This document shows, in pieces, positions 26,279-38,135 of a DNA stretch of 64,000 nt. The DNA lies in contig OX597836.1 of assembly GCA_951406725.2 (NCBI GenBank), positions 10,292,001-10,356,000 on the forward strand, read 5' to 3'. A model generated the notes under the pieces. It saw only the letters and a program-made list of their open reading frames with translations. It had not been told where the DNA came from and made no database searches. Numbering within the stretch: position 1 is the stretch's first letter; each line of letters starts with the position of its first letter. Both the position numbers and the translations under genes were made by a program. This DNA comes from Octopus vulgaris. Taxonomy: Eukaryota.

Positions 26279-27038
26279 GGTTAATGGTCGTTAGTTTAAG
26301 GCCGAGTGTGATGCTCAAATGAAGGCGAGAGCAAGGCCTCGTAGCTAGTAGAGCCGTTGCATTTTATTAAAGCCTCATACATCGTTGCATTTAGATATTG
26401 ACCAATCAATGGTAAATGTCAAAATTTGGCATAAGGCCAGAAAATTCGATTACATCGATCCCTGTGCTGAACTGATATATATTTTATCGACCCTGAAAGG
26501 ATGAAAGACAAAGTCGACCTTGGTGGAATTTGAGCTCAGAACGTAAAGACGGATGGTATGCTGCTAAGCAGGGCTGTTTATGAAGGCCTAGTGTATGTGT
26601 TAAATGCAGACTAGCCTGTGTCTTAATGGTTAGGTTGTTGTGCCCACAATCATAGGATCGTGTGTTCGATTCGTGGACTGGTTGACAGGTATTTCATATC
26701 CTTTGCAAGACGCTTATCCTGCGTTGCTCTTCGGACTAATTAGCTGTTAAATTAGTATAATAAATTAGACAAAATACAAGCAAAAAGAAATGACCCAGAC
26801 TGGCCAGTGCCACGTATAAATGAATAACATAGAAAAACTGAGGTATACTAAATACCATACAACATAATTTCTTGGTTAATTACAATTATCTCCGCCATTA
26901 GATGATTTAATTACCAGATGGCAAATGAAAGCGTCGTAACGTTTCTAGAGGAATTCTCGTCAATAATTTTGGAGAGTAAGGATTTCAAGGGTACCTTAGC
27001 TTAACAGGGAAGGATTTGCAGTTGTTAAAATATTGCTA

Positions 27039-27215
27039 CAGCTTTTCTCAACCACGGCCCTCAAGCGCACTTCCGGCGACCCTCAACGGTCTTCCTTTCA
27101 TAAATGTAATAATTTTTTCTTAAACTGATTTATGTTTTACTTTCTTTGGTGCGGCCCCTAGAATAAATCTAGGTTCTGGATCTGACCCGGATATTAAAAA
27201 TGTTGAGAACCCCTG
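27039..27215. mobile_element. Old hAT (Charlie-like) MITE
   Basis: TIR-like ends CAGCTTTTCTCAAC / GTTGAGAACCCCTG with internal CGGCCC motifs; no TSD retained. Confidence 0.55.
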
Positions 27216-27520
27216 ATCCCCAGACATAGTCAGACCACTAACAGGGACTTGGTAATGCAAGGGCTTTAAATTACAGGTACAATTCATCTGAAGGGCTTCT
27301 ATTCAGTTACCGTTTACCTATTTTAAGTTACAAAGGCAAGATGGACTCGCAGCTATTGTAAAAGACAGATGCCTAACATGCCTCAGGATGGGACGGAACA
27401 CGAGACACAAGACAAGACAATTCACAAATTGTCCTTCTCGCTACTCATTCAGTGTCTATGATCTATTATCACGTGGGATTATGTCGTGCTACTTGTTAGT
27501 TACGTTCTCGTGTCATGCTG

Positions 27521-27729
27521 ACTCATAAGAGCCGGGATCCCCGGTTTCCATGGCGTGTATGTTCCTTTCCTGTACGAGAAACCAGTCTGACGAAGGAGTA
27601 TTCATTTTTGCCAGCTGAGTGGACTGGAGCAAGGTGAAACGAAGTGTTTTGCTCAAGAACACAACGCGTCGCCCGGTCCAGGAATCGAAACCACAATCTT
27701 GCGATCATGAGTCAAACAGCTTAACCACT
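27521..27729 (-). mobile_element. SINE family D
   Basis: Reverse-complement match to 112-310. Confidence 0.8.
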
Positions 27730-28162
27730 CTGCATGTCATGCCATGTCGTGCTACTGCTTTTAAGTGAATTTTAGAATCGGCCCTGTTTTGAGTCCTCTT
27801 GAGAAAATTGCTCTTCCATGTTCCTTTGATGTGTGCGAGTGGAGATGGTGAAGAAAGTAATATGGTGGACGAAACTAAAAGGCATGGCTTCCCTCTCAAG
27901 CTTAAATCCTCTTCAACGCCTTTGACAGACTTCAAGTGGGAGGTGAAGATGAAGATTTGTACTCTTTTTTCTTGTCCAGTAAATGTTGACGAAACAAGAA
28001 GTGTGAAAATGATGGATTTGATGGGAATAAAGAGGCGACACTTCAGGTTCTTTTGGTCACTGGAAGAGTCAGGAGCCGAAACATTTCGTAGGTTTGAGGA
28101 TGCCCTCTTCTTCCTAAGTTGATGTTACCCACATTTGTGAGCTTTGTGTATGTGTGTGTGAG

Positions 28163-28194
<32 letters not shown>

Positions 28195-28346
28195 TGTATG
28201 TTTGTGAGTGTACATTCTTTTACTGGTTTCAGTCATTGGAGCACAACCACGCTATAGAACCATCTTCAATGGTTTAGCCGATCATATGCCCCACCAGTAC
28301 TTATTTGTAAGACTGGTGTTTCCTTTAACGATATCTGTCGTTCCCA

Positions 28347-28575
28347 GCGGTGAGCTGGCAGAATCGTTAGCACGGCGGGCGAAATGCTTAGCGGTATTTC
28401 GTCTGCCGTTACGTTCTGAGTTCAAATTCCGCCGAGGTCGACTTCCTTTCATCCTTTCGGGGTCGATAAATTAAGTACGAGTTACACACTGGGGTCGATG
28501 TAATCGACTTAATCCGTTTGTCTGTCCTTGTTTTGTCCCCTCTGTGTTTAGCCCCTCATGGGTAGTAAAGAAATA
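28347..28575 (+). mobile_element. Full-length SINE B with 17-bp TSD
   Basis: GATATCTGTCGTTCCCA at 28330-28346 and 28576-28592. Confidence 0.95.
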
Positions 28576-28617
28576 GATATCTGTCGTTCCCACGCACACA
28601 TGCTTGCGCGCACACGC

Positions 28618-28667
<50 letters not shown>

Positions 28668-29068
28668 ATACTCTCAAAAAGTACCGATCGTGTATTCGTA
28701 ATACTGGTGCGTCAGTTTCGGCAATTTCCTTTGCCTCATTCTTGCTACTGACGCGTCAGTATTAAGAATTCTCGCTGGACACTTTTCAGACAATTATGGT
28801 CCTTGTTAGTGTATATGTTTTCGTTTACAGCATTATATATTAATTTTATATATACACATCAGCGAATCGCTAAATCACCAAGTAGTTTCGATGATGAAAG
28901 CATAAATGCTGATGGCGAAGTGAATCCGGAAAGAGCCAAATATTCGAGCGATCTTAACTGGTGAGGCAACGGAGATAGACGAAACTGACGCGTCAGTATT
29001 AAGAATTCTCGACCGGTCCTCTTTCGGGTGATTGTGGTCGGTCCCTGTTCGTGTATATGTTTTCATTC
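28668..29068 (+). mobile_element. Hammerhead-bearing repeat (237-bp direct-repeat unit plus 5' inverted partial copy); Penelope pseudo-LTR or retrozyme-like
   Basis: ACTGACGCGTCAGTATTAAGAATTCTCG at 28747 and 28984; hammerhead-shaped motif at 28952-29004; inverted partial copy at about 28668-28739. Confidence 0.75.
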
Positions 29069-29971
29069 ATGTGCGTTAAGTACAGCGATAGAGCTGTTTA
29101 GCTCTTATTCCTAGCAATGTGGGTGTTTCCTAACACCTTAGTCACATATAATGACATTTATGTGTGTGTGTGTGTGTATGTGTGTGTGTTTATTTTAAGC
29201 ACTCACTTCACATGAACATACGAAAACAATACAATACTCTGGCCAAATGTCTCCTCGGACACTGACCTAGGATAACCACCACCCTCCCACACGAATACGA
29301 ACACCAATGTGAGAAATTTTATCCAGCTCAACTGGACAGGACCTGTTTCAACATTGTTTTATCCCCCCATCATCTTTTTTTTTTTATTTTGCAAAAAAAA
29401 AAAAAAAAAAAAAACAGGCGACGAAGAAGAATAAAAAAAAATATATATCATGGTGTGACTGTAAAAACTGTTTTTCACAATTTCTCTTAAACTGTTAAAC
29501 GAGAACTATAAACCTGCTGCCCCACGGATTTTTATCTTCCTCTCTCTGCGTTTACTGGAAAGAGCAACAATTGATGATCTGGGATCGTCAAAAGCCGTTT
29601 TTCTCGAAAGGTCATCTGCTAAAGACTATCTAAGAATGCATCGTTCAGCGAGTTCAAACTCCTTTACATTCTCTTCTCGGTACGGGTCACTTCACTTGAC
29701 CTTGTCGCATAGGTTGTGTTAAAGAAACGTCTTTGGACAGGTCAATAGCTGCGGAGAGCGAACAGCTTAGGGATACCTCAGCTTCTCTCTCTTTCTCTCT
29801 TTCTCTCTTCCTTCTTTCCTTTGTTTGTTTGTCTGTTTGTTTTTCCTGTGCTTTCTCTCATATATGTTTACATTTTTGTATGTATGTGTATACATATGTA
29901 TGTATATATTTTGTGTATGTATGTATGTATGTATTTATGTACGTACGTATGTATGTAGTTTTATGCGCTGG

Positions 29972-30104
<133 letters not shown>

Positions 30105-30229
30105 AATGCATAAATGCATATGCCCTTAGACATGTGTATATATGCCCTTATATATATTAACATACATGTAAATATATATATATATATGCGTATATACATA
30201 CATGCATATGTATATGTATATATATATAA

Positions 30230-30438
30230 TTCTTTTATTTGTTTCAGTCAGTTGACTGTGGCCATGTTGGAGCGCCGCCTATTAGTCGAAGAAATCGACT
30301 CCTGGACTTATTCTTTGTAAGCCTGGTCCTTATTCCATCGGTCTCTTCTACCGATCCGCAAGATTACGGGGACGTAAACACACCAACATCGGTTGCCGAG
30401 TGATAGTTGGAGGGGGACAAACACAGGCACAAACACAC

Positions 30439-30440
<2 letters not shown>
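30230..30440 (-). mobile_element. SINE A 3' half
   Basis: GTTTCAGTCAGTTGACTGTGGCCATG tail. Confidence 0.88.
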
Positions 30441-30500
<60 letters not shown>

Positions 30501-30951
30501 GTGTACACGAATACAGAAACAAATATTTTCACCATGAAAAAAATATGTCAAGGCATTCGCATGGATGTACAAAGACACGCATAAGTTTATGCAGAAATAC
30601 ATACACACACACATACATGCGCAGAAACACACGCACCCGCTCACACACATACACATACGCACACACACGCACACACATGTATATGGAGATTCAGATGGAT
30701 ATGGTTTTTAAAATGGTCACTTTTGTGATTAGCCATCAATAGGGGTGACCTTTTAGCCCTAGACTCCCTCCTTTTTTTTTTTTTAATAGCCCCACATCAC
30801 AATAAACTGACAACATTGTTACTGAAGTCACCTTTCAAATTAGGGGACAGGCTTCGTAGCGCAGTTCATTCTCCAGGTTAGAAACAGCAGCCGAATCTTC
30901 CTCCAATTATATCACACCTTTTAAACGTTTGTATATGTTATACCTTCAGAC

Positions 30952-31580
30952 CAGGGGTTCTCATTTTATAATATATGGCCCCTTTTAATTACTATTTTTT
31001 TCTGGTGAACTCCCATAGTTTAAACACTAGTTTTATAGATTTTTTGTTCGAAATTTTTATTTTGCTTTTCACGGATTAACTTGTGTTAAGTTGAACTATG
31101 TAAAACGTTAGAGGTAAAAACAAACTCTTTTACTTGTTTCCGTCATTTGACTGCGGCCATGCTGGAGCACCGCCTTTAGTCGAGCAAATCGACCCCAGGA
31201 CTTATTCTTTGTAAGCCTAGTACTTATACTCTCGGTCTCTTTTGCCGAATCGCTAAGTTACGGGGACCTAAACACACCAGCATCGGTTGTCAAGCGATGT
31301 TGGTGGGGACGACAAACACAGAGATACAAACATATACTTACACACGTATATATATATACACATATACGCGGGCTTCTTTCAGTTTCCGTCTACCAAATCC
31401 ACTCACAAGGCTTTGGTTGGCCTGAGGCTATAGTAGAAGACACTTGCCCAAGGTGTCACGCAGTGGGGCTGAACCCGGAACCATGCGGTTCGTAAGCAAG
31501 CTACTTACCACACAGCCTACGCCTATTATGGATCCCTAAGTTATTATTTTGCTTTTGTGGACCCCCTTTGATTACTATTT
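30952..31580. mobile_element. Possible hAT-like MITE remnant interrupted by a SINE A
   Basis: Left end CAGGGGTTCTCA; CCCC(C/T)TTT(A/G)ATTACTATTTT occurs on both sides of the SINE; right TIR not found. Confidence 0.35.
31125..31523 (-). mobile_element. Full-length SINE A
   Basis: Reverse-complement match to 4507-4932. Confidence 0.92.
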
Positions 31581-32464
31581 TAGGATCTCTTTCCGTTTGG
31601 CTGCCAGGTTCAATTTCTGTTCGAATTGATTTCATATTCAGTGTAATGATACACTTTTAGAGGCTAATCAATGCTATGAAAATCATTTTCGCTATAAATC
31701 AATAAACAAAGAGTTTGAAAATTTTGGGTAATTTTAGCCAATCGTAAACCGCAGACACATTCATACCTGTTTCCATAGTAACAAGCCGAACATGAGAACT
31801 CTTTTGTCGGCGAGAAAACACGTGTTGACAAATATATTGTAACCACTTGTTGACGCCGTGGTCTACTGTTTTACCCACCTGGACATTTTACCTTTCTGCT
31901 TGATTATGGCTACAAGCTTCTGTCACTTCGCATCTATGACGGGAATCGCATTAAATGCATACTGAATGCTTAAAACTACGAAAGACGTGCTGTTTACTCC
32001 TTTTCTGCCTATAGAATACAAATATTGACAACACGTGCTATTTTCAGGATGTTGACAAAATGTGCTGTCACGCGCAAAACGACAGCTTCCAAATCCTGTT
32101 TCCTGACTGGGTAAAAATAATCAAACTTTAAACTTCTATAACTTAAAAATAATTTTTTTTTCTCTGGAGAAAGTGAAATAACTCCAGCGATTCAGTTCGG
32201 AAAACTACATTAATATACCAAATTTTGGAATTTTTGTATAAACTTTAATTTTTGTATAAACTTTAATTTTTGAAACTTTGGCAGCCAAACGGAAAAGATC
32301 CCTTTTTCATTCTGGTGGACCCCAGAGCCATTTGATGTTTCAAAACTAATCTTATAGAAATTTCTTTCAAAATTCCTATTTTGTCTTTCACTCATTAACC
32401 TGTATAGGTTGGACTAATTAAAATGTTAGAGAAAGAACCTTAGCTATTTCATACCACTTTTTTT

Positions 32465-32790
32465 CCTCGCTTTTTTCAAGCCTAGCCAGGCTCATGGGCT
32501 CGGTTTCTATGGCGTATGTGTCCCTCCCCCCCAGTTGGACGGGAGGCCAGTCCATCGCAGCGTTACTCAAGAAACAGGAAGAGAGAGTGAGAGAAACTTG
32601 GGGCGAAAGAGTACAACAGGGGTTGCCACCACCCACTGCTGGAGCCTCGTAGACGAGCTTCTTTCAGTTTTCGTCTATCAAATCCACTCACAAGGCTTTG
32701 GTCGGCCCGAGGCTATAGTAGAAGACACTTGCCCAAAATGCCACGCAGTGGGACTGAACCCGGAACCATGTGGTTGGTAAACAAACTTCG
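32465..32790 (-). mobile_element. SINE with C-type middle and D-type tail, abutting a SINE A 5' half
   Basis: GTCCATCGCAGCGTTACTCA (shared with 241-260) joined to AAACAGGAAGAGAGAGTGAGAGAAA (family C); SINE A sequence from about 32652. Confidence 0.75.
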
Positions 32791-32794
32791 TACA

Positions 32795-32796
<2 letters not shown>

Positions 32797-32854
<58 letters not shown>

Positions 32855-33062
32855 GATTATCATCATCATCATCATTATTGCAATTGTTTTGTTGGTCCAT
32901 CATCATCATCATCATCATCGTCGTCGTCGTCGTCATCATCATCATTATCATCACCACAACCATCATCATCATCATCGTCATGATCATCATGATCATCAAC
33001 ATCATCATCATCGTCATGTCTTTACCGCAGCGGTTGGTGGCGAGGATGAAGACGTTGACGGC

Positions 33063-33100
<38 letters not shown>

Positions 33101-33195
33101 CGACGACGACGACGACGACGGCGATGATGATGATGATGATTATGATGATGACGGCGATGATGATGGTAATGATGGTGACGGTGATGGTGATGGTG
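32797..33195. repeat. (TAT)n, (CAT)n, (GAT)n and (GAC)n triplet tracts
   Basis: Directly visible; the CAT and GAT tracts are mutually complementary. Confidence 0.95.
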
Positions 33196-33699
33196 CTACC
33201 ATTTACTTCCATTACCGCTCTGCCCATTATTATTTCTTCATCTCGTGTCTGAGATAGATAGCACCTCCGACACCAAAGAGCTCCATTCGTCTCGCTCTAC
33301 TTCCGTTCTGCCAAACACCGCCGACGTCCGTCTCAGTTTGAAGAGGCTAATTTGATTAGGAAATAAGTATATAGGACTTGAAGAACCTCTACTTAATAAA
33401 TAGACTGGAGAAATGATCCCTGATAAAAACAGATGGATAGGGCCTCTTTTGCCTTGCTTGCATACCTCACCACCGCCGCCACCACCACCACCATCCCACA
33501 CTATTTTGTGTGTGTGCGTGTGGTTGTGTGTGCGTGTGAGTTAAACTGTTCTCCACCCTGTCCTTGTTCTGTTGAACGGTTACCTTCTCTCTCCTTCGTT
33601 CTCTTTCTCTCTCTTTTCTTTCTCTCTCTCTCCCTCTTTCTTTCTCTTCACCACCTCCCCCACACTCTCTCTTTTCATATAGACGGCTTATTTCTTTTT

Positions 33700-33744
<45 letters not shown>

Positions 33745-33771
33745 TACTCTCTCTGTCTCTCTATCCTTATC

Positions 33772-33810
<39 letters not shown>

Positions 33811-34314
33811 ATCTCTTTCTGTCTGTCTATTTCTTACATGCACCTTTCTTTCCTTCCTTCCTTCTTTCTTTCTTTCTTTCATTCTTTCTATTGTGCAGAA
33901 TTTCTAGTCCCCCCCCTTCACATCTCTTTTCACTCTCTTTTAGAACTACCTGTAAGCCCCTCCCCTTCAATCTCTATTCAATTCTTCTCGCTTCTCTTCT
34001 CATAATTCCTTACCATCCTCATTCTTTGAACCTGTCCTTTCCTTTCTCTCTCTCTCTCCTTCCCTCCTCCCTCTCTCCTTCCCTCTATCTCTTCCTCCCT
34101 CTTTCACCATCCCTCCACCTCTCTTTTCCCCCCCTTCCCCTCTATCTTTTCAATTCTTGTAAATGTGAAGAAATGACCGAGCGACTCCTCTTTGTGAATT
34201 ATTGAGTACAGGACTTTATTTAGGCGCTCGGAATCGCAAGATCTTGGGTTCGATTCTCCAACTGGGTAGTATGTTCTATCTTTTAGCAAAACACTTCGAT
34301 ATCTTTACATCTAT

Positions 34315-34790
34315 ACGCACTACATCACACCCATTTTAATCGCCGTATTGAAATGTCTCCGCCTCTACTAAGCCACACACCTCGTTACTCTCTTATCTAT
34401 GATATTTCCACCTCTATATCAAACCACATCCATTTCACATGCATAGATAACGCCCATTCCACATGCATGGTTGACGCCTATTCAACATGCACTTGATCAC
34501 GCCCACTTTAATCACTGTTCCGAAATATTTCACATCTACTTAGCCACACCCCTGGTTACCCTCCTTACTTCGATATTTACGCCTTTACATCAAACCACGC
34601 CCATTCCGCACGCACTACAACACGCCCATCTTAATCACTGTTCTGAACTGTTTTCATCCTTACTAAGCCACACCCCTGGTTACACTCTTAACTGAGATAT
34701 TTTCGCCTGTATATCAAACCACGCCCATTCCACACACACTACACCACGCCTTCCTTAATCACCGTACTGAAATGTCTCCACCTGTACTAA
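34315..34790. repeat. ~124-bp tandem repeat (3-4 copies) rich in CACGCCC/CCACACCC
   Basis: CAC(G/A)CC..TTAATC at about 34326, 34498, 34621 and 34745. Confidence 0.88.
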
Positions 34791-35534
34791 TGGGCGGGGC
34801 GGTGACGTAAGCTTATATCAATTCTTCATTTCTCTCATAATGCAAATTAATATATGAACTGTAAGGTGTACTCGTAATCTATTGTGCTAGATCTAATCAA
34901 GGATACTATCCTCCTCCTGCACCTCCTGCTCCTCCTCCTGGACCTCCTGCACCTTCTGCTCCTCCTCCCGCACCTCCTGCTCTTCCTTCTGTTCATCCTC
35001 CTGCACCTCCTTCTGCTCCTGCTCTTCCTATTCCTGCTCCTTCTTCCCTGTCTTTTTCCGCCCATCTCTTGATACCAACTCGCTTGAGATCGCCACCCGC
35101 CCGCCCCGATCTGTCATACGAACTTCATGTTTTAAGATGATCTTAAAATTAGAACCAAAAATTTTGTTACATCGCATGCATGGGAAGCAGTGTTGTGGAG
35201 CAAACAAACTTTTAAATCAGTTCAAATATGATTGGGACATATTTGACCTGCAAAAAGGCCGTTTTCACTGCAGTTTGCCGTGGAGAAAAATTTCGCTTTT
35301 GGCTACATACATACATACATACATACATACACACACACATATACACACACAAACACACACACACACATACATACATACATACATACATACATACACACAC
35401 ATATATATACACACACACACGAACACAAACACACATACATACATACATAATACATACATACATACGTATGTACATACATACATACGTACATACATACATG
35501 CATACATAGATATAAACATACAAACAAATTACCC

Positions 35535-35812
35535 TCTTCGATCATGACCAAGGGATTGCACCTAGAAAGTTCTCCGGGCACGGTTATTTATGGAAGGCCA
35601 GCAGTCGCCCATGCATACCAACCTTTCCTCTATACACCACTGATGTTATCCAAGGGAAAGGCAAAGGGGCCGATACGGCTTGGCACCAGTGACGTCACAG
35701 CTCAACTCTACAGCTAAATGAACTGGAGCAACGTGCAATAAAGTGTCTTGCTCAAGAACACAACCGAGAATGATTGTGAGCCGGACGCGCTAACCACTGA
35801 GCCATGCACCTT
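35535..35812 (-). mobile_element. SINE family E
   Basis: Reverse-complement match to 12277-12597. Confidence 0.78.
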
Positions 35813-35944
35813 CATACGCACACACATGCACGCACACACACACACATACACACACACACAAACACACACACACATACACACGCACGCAGACACACACATA
35901 CACGCACACACATACAAACATATATATATATATATATCATATCT

Positions 35945-36460
35945 TCTACAAGTCTCAGTTGTTTGACTGTGCCCATGCTGGGGCACCGCCTTGAGGAATT
36001 CTTAGTCGAATGAATTGACCCCATTACTTATTTTTTTTAAAACTGGTACTTATTCAATCGGACTCTTTTGCCGAACCGCCAGAGGATCCATGGCTTTTAC
36101 CCAGGCGGCCCGGGTTCGATTCCCGGCATGGGAACGTAAATTTTAATGGCGGTGCCCCAGCATGGCCATACATCATGAGCTGAAACTGGTTCAATTCAGT
36201 TCAATACCAACAATGGTTGTCAAACGGTGGTGTGGATGGGTAAACACACACACATACACACACACACACATACACACACACACACACACACGCACACACA
36301 CACACAAGTATACATAACGGGCTTCTTTCAGTTTCTGTCTATCAAATCTACTCACAAGGCTTTGGCCAGCCAGGCACTTATTGTAGAAGACACTTGCCCA
36401 AGGTGACATACAGTTGGACTGAACCCAGAAGCTTATGGTTTGGAAGTAAGCTTTTTACCA
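35945..36460 (-). mobile_element. SINE A interrupted by a tRNA-Glu/tail insert
   Basis: Family A sequence at about 35945-36078 and 36206-36460. Confidence 0.82.
36081..36205 (+). pseudogene. 5'-truncated tRNA-Glu pseudogene fused to a LINE-type 3' tail
   Basis: AGGATCCATGGCTTTTACCCAGGCGGCCCGGGTTCGATTCCCGGCATGGGAA matches the 3' two-thirds of metazoan tRNA-Glu(TTC). It is followed by CGTAAATTTT-AATGGCGGTGCCCCAGCATGGCCATACATCATGAGCTGAAAC and a (TTCAA/G)n end. Confidence 0.85.
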
Positions 36461-36519
36461 CATATATGTATGTATATATTTATGTTTGTATGCATGTATT
36501 TATGTGTGTATATATAAAA

Positions 36520-36790
36520 AATACAAAATGGGACAAGAACGCAAAACATCCAAATAGACGATACAAAAAACACGGACGGGTCATTCAAAGCCTTTAATCT
36601 TCAGTCAAGAACCAGATGATCCTCGCAATTTTGGCTGATTAATCTTGAGATTGCTCCAATCTGACCAGCCCCAGGGAAAAAAACTAAGCTAAGAGCATTA
36701 GATTCCTTGGAAAACGGATCGAATGTATACGAAACAAGGACGGAAAAACGGACAATGTTACACGAATATGAATACAAAAATAATACAAAA
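36520..36790. repeat. Unclassified interspersed repeat F
   Basis: GGACAAGAACG...AAGCCT..AATCTTCAGTC..GAACC...GCAATTT.GGCTGAT also at about 54750-54860 and 57888-57995; each copy is flanked by (TA)n-type tracts. Confidence 0.85.
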
Positions 36791-37278
36791 AAAAAATACG
36801 AATATAAATGTGTGTATGTATGTATTTATTTATGTATGCATGTATGTATGTATGTATATATATATTTATATATATATATGTATGTATACGTGTATACATA
36901 CACGCATATGCATAGATAACTCACAGCTGGGAATTTCTGAATCTCTTCAACTCACCTGAGATATTCCACAGGTAAAAAATAAACTCTCTTAATTAAATAA
37001 TAACTTATCGTAACAATTCTCTAATTAATTTTTAAGGGTAATTAACGCTTAGTTTTTGGAAACCCAAGGAATGCCAAAAAGCACCGTTATCTCACTCATA
37101 GGATCGAAAATATTTCGTTTTTCATTTATAAAGTGCAATCAACACCAAAGGGAACCTCATGCTCTGCGGCCATGCTGGAGCTCTACGGTTATTTAGAGTT
37201 AGTCGAAAGAAACCAACTGAGAATATATACGAGGTGGATTAGTTCCCGGATTAGTTATGGTTAATAAAAAATAGCTTA

Positions 37279-37690
37279 GGCGTAGGAGCGGCTGTGTGGT
37301 AAGTAGCTTGCTTACCAACCACTTGGTTCCGGGTTCAATCCCACTGCGTGTCTTCAACTATAGCCTCGGGCCAACCAAAGCCTTGTCTAAGTGGATTTGG
37401 TAGATGGAAACTGAAGGAAGCCCGTCGTATATATGTATATGTATGTGTGTGTATATATATATATATTGTATGTGTGCGTATATGTTTGTCTGTCTGTGTT
37501 TGTCCCCTCCCCCTCCCCAACATCGCTTGACAACCGATGGTGGTGTATTTAGGTCCCCGTAACTTAGCGGTTCGGCAAAAGAGACCGATAGAATAAGCAC
37601 CAGGCTTACTTACGAAGACTAAGCCCTGGGGCGTCGATTTGTTCGACGATAGGCGGCGCTCTAGTCAAAGGACTGAAATAAAAGCAAAAG
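37279..37690 (+). mobile_element. SINE A with small deletions
   Basis: GGCGTAGGAGCGGCTGTGTGGTAAG head. Confidence 0.9.
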
Positions 37691-38135
37691 AATGGGTATA
37701 AAGATAAAAATCGGATAAAATAAAATGTTCAAAATGAGGGGAAAATAAAGCGAAAATTCCTCGTTCTTCTCCTATTCTATGAGAGAGTAACAGCTTTTCC
37801 AAAACTCTGTTCTGTATTCTACAAGCTAACTTAATAAGGAGATTTCACGTTTCGCCAGTTTTTTTTGCCGTCTCTTTTATAGATTCGCCACCCAATAAGA
37901 ATTTACCCCGCCCTTTTTTTTTTCTTCTTTGTTTCTTTGTAGTTAAATTGTGATCCAATCTTTGCGTAAATAAAACTATTCGTTTCCTTGTTAGCAAATT
38001 AGCAACAGGTTGAAGTTTAGAAATCTGTGTAGTCGTCAATCATTTATGAAGTTAAAAAAAAAAAAATCTGCTGCTATAAGATGATTTTCAACCAATTTTG
38101 ATGTGTAAATGTAGGCAGACAGATAGTTAACCAGA

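Noticed and set aside
31640-32410. Possible DNA transposon remnant
   Set aside because: No TIRs, TSD or transposase motif identified.
36575-36640. Type II hammerhead in repeat family F
   Set aside because: GAAA and CTGAAGA occur in some copies, but stems II and III cannot be closed.
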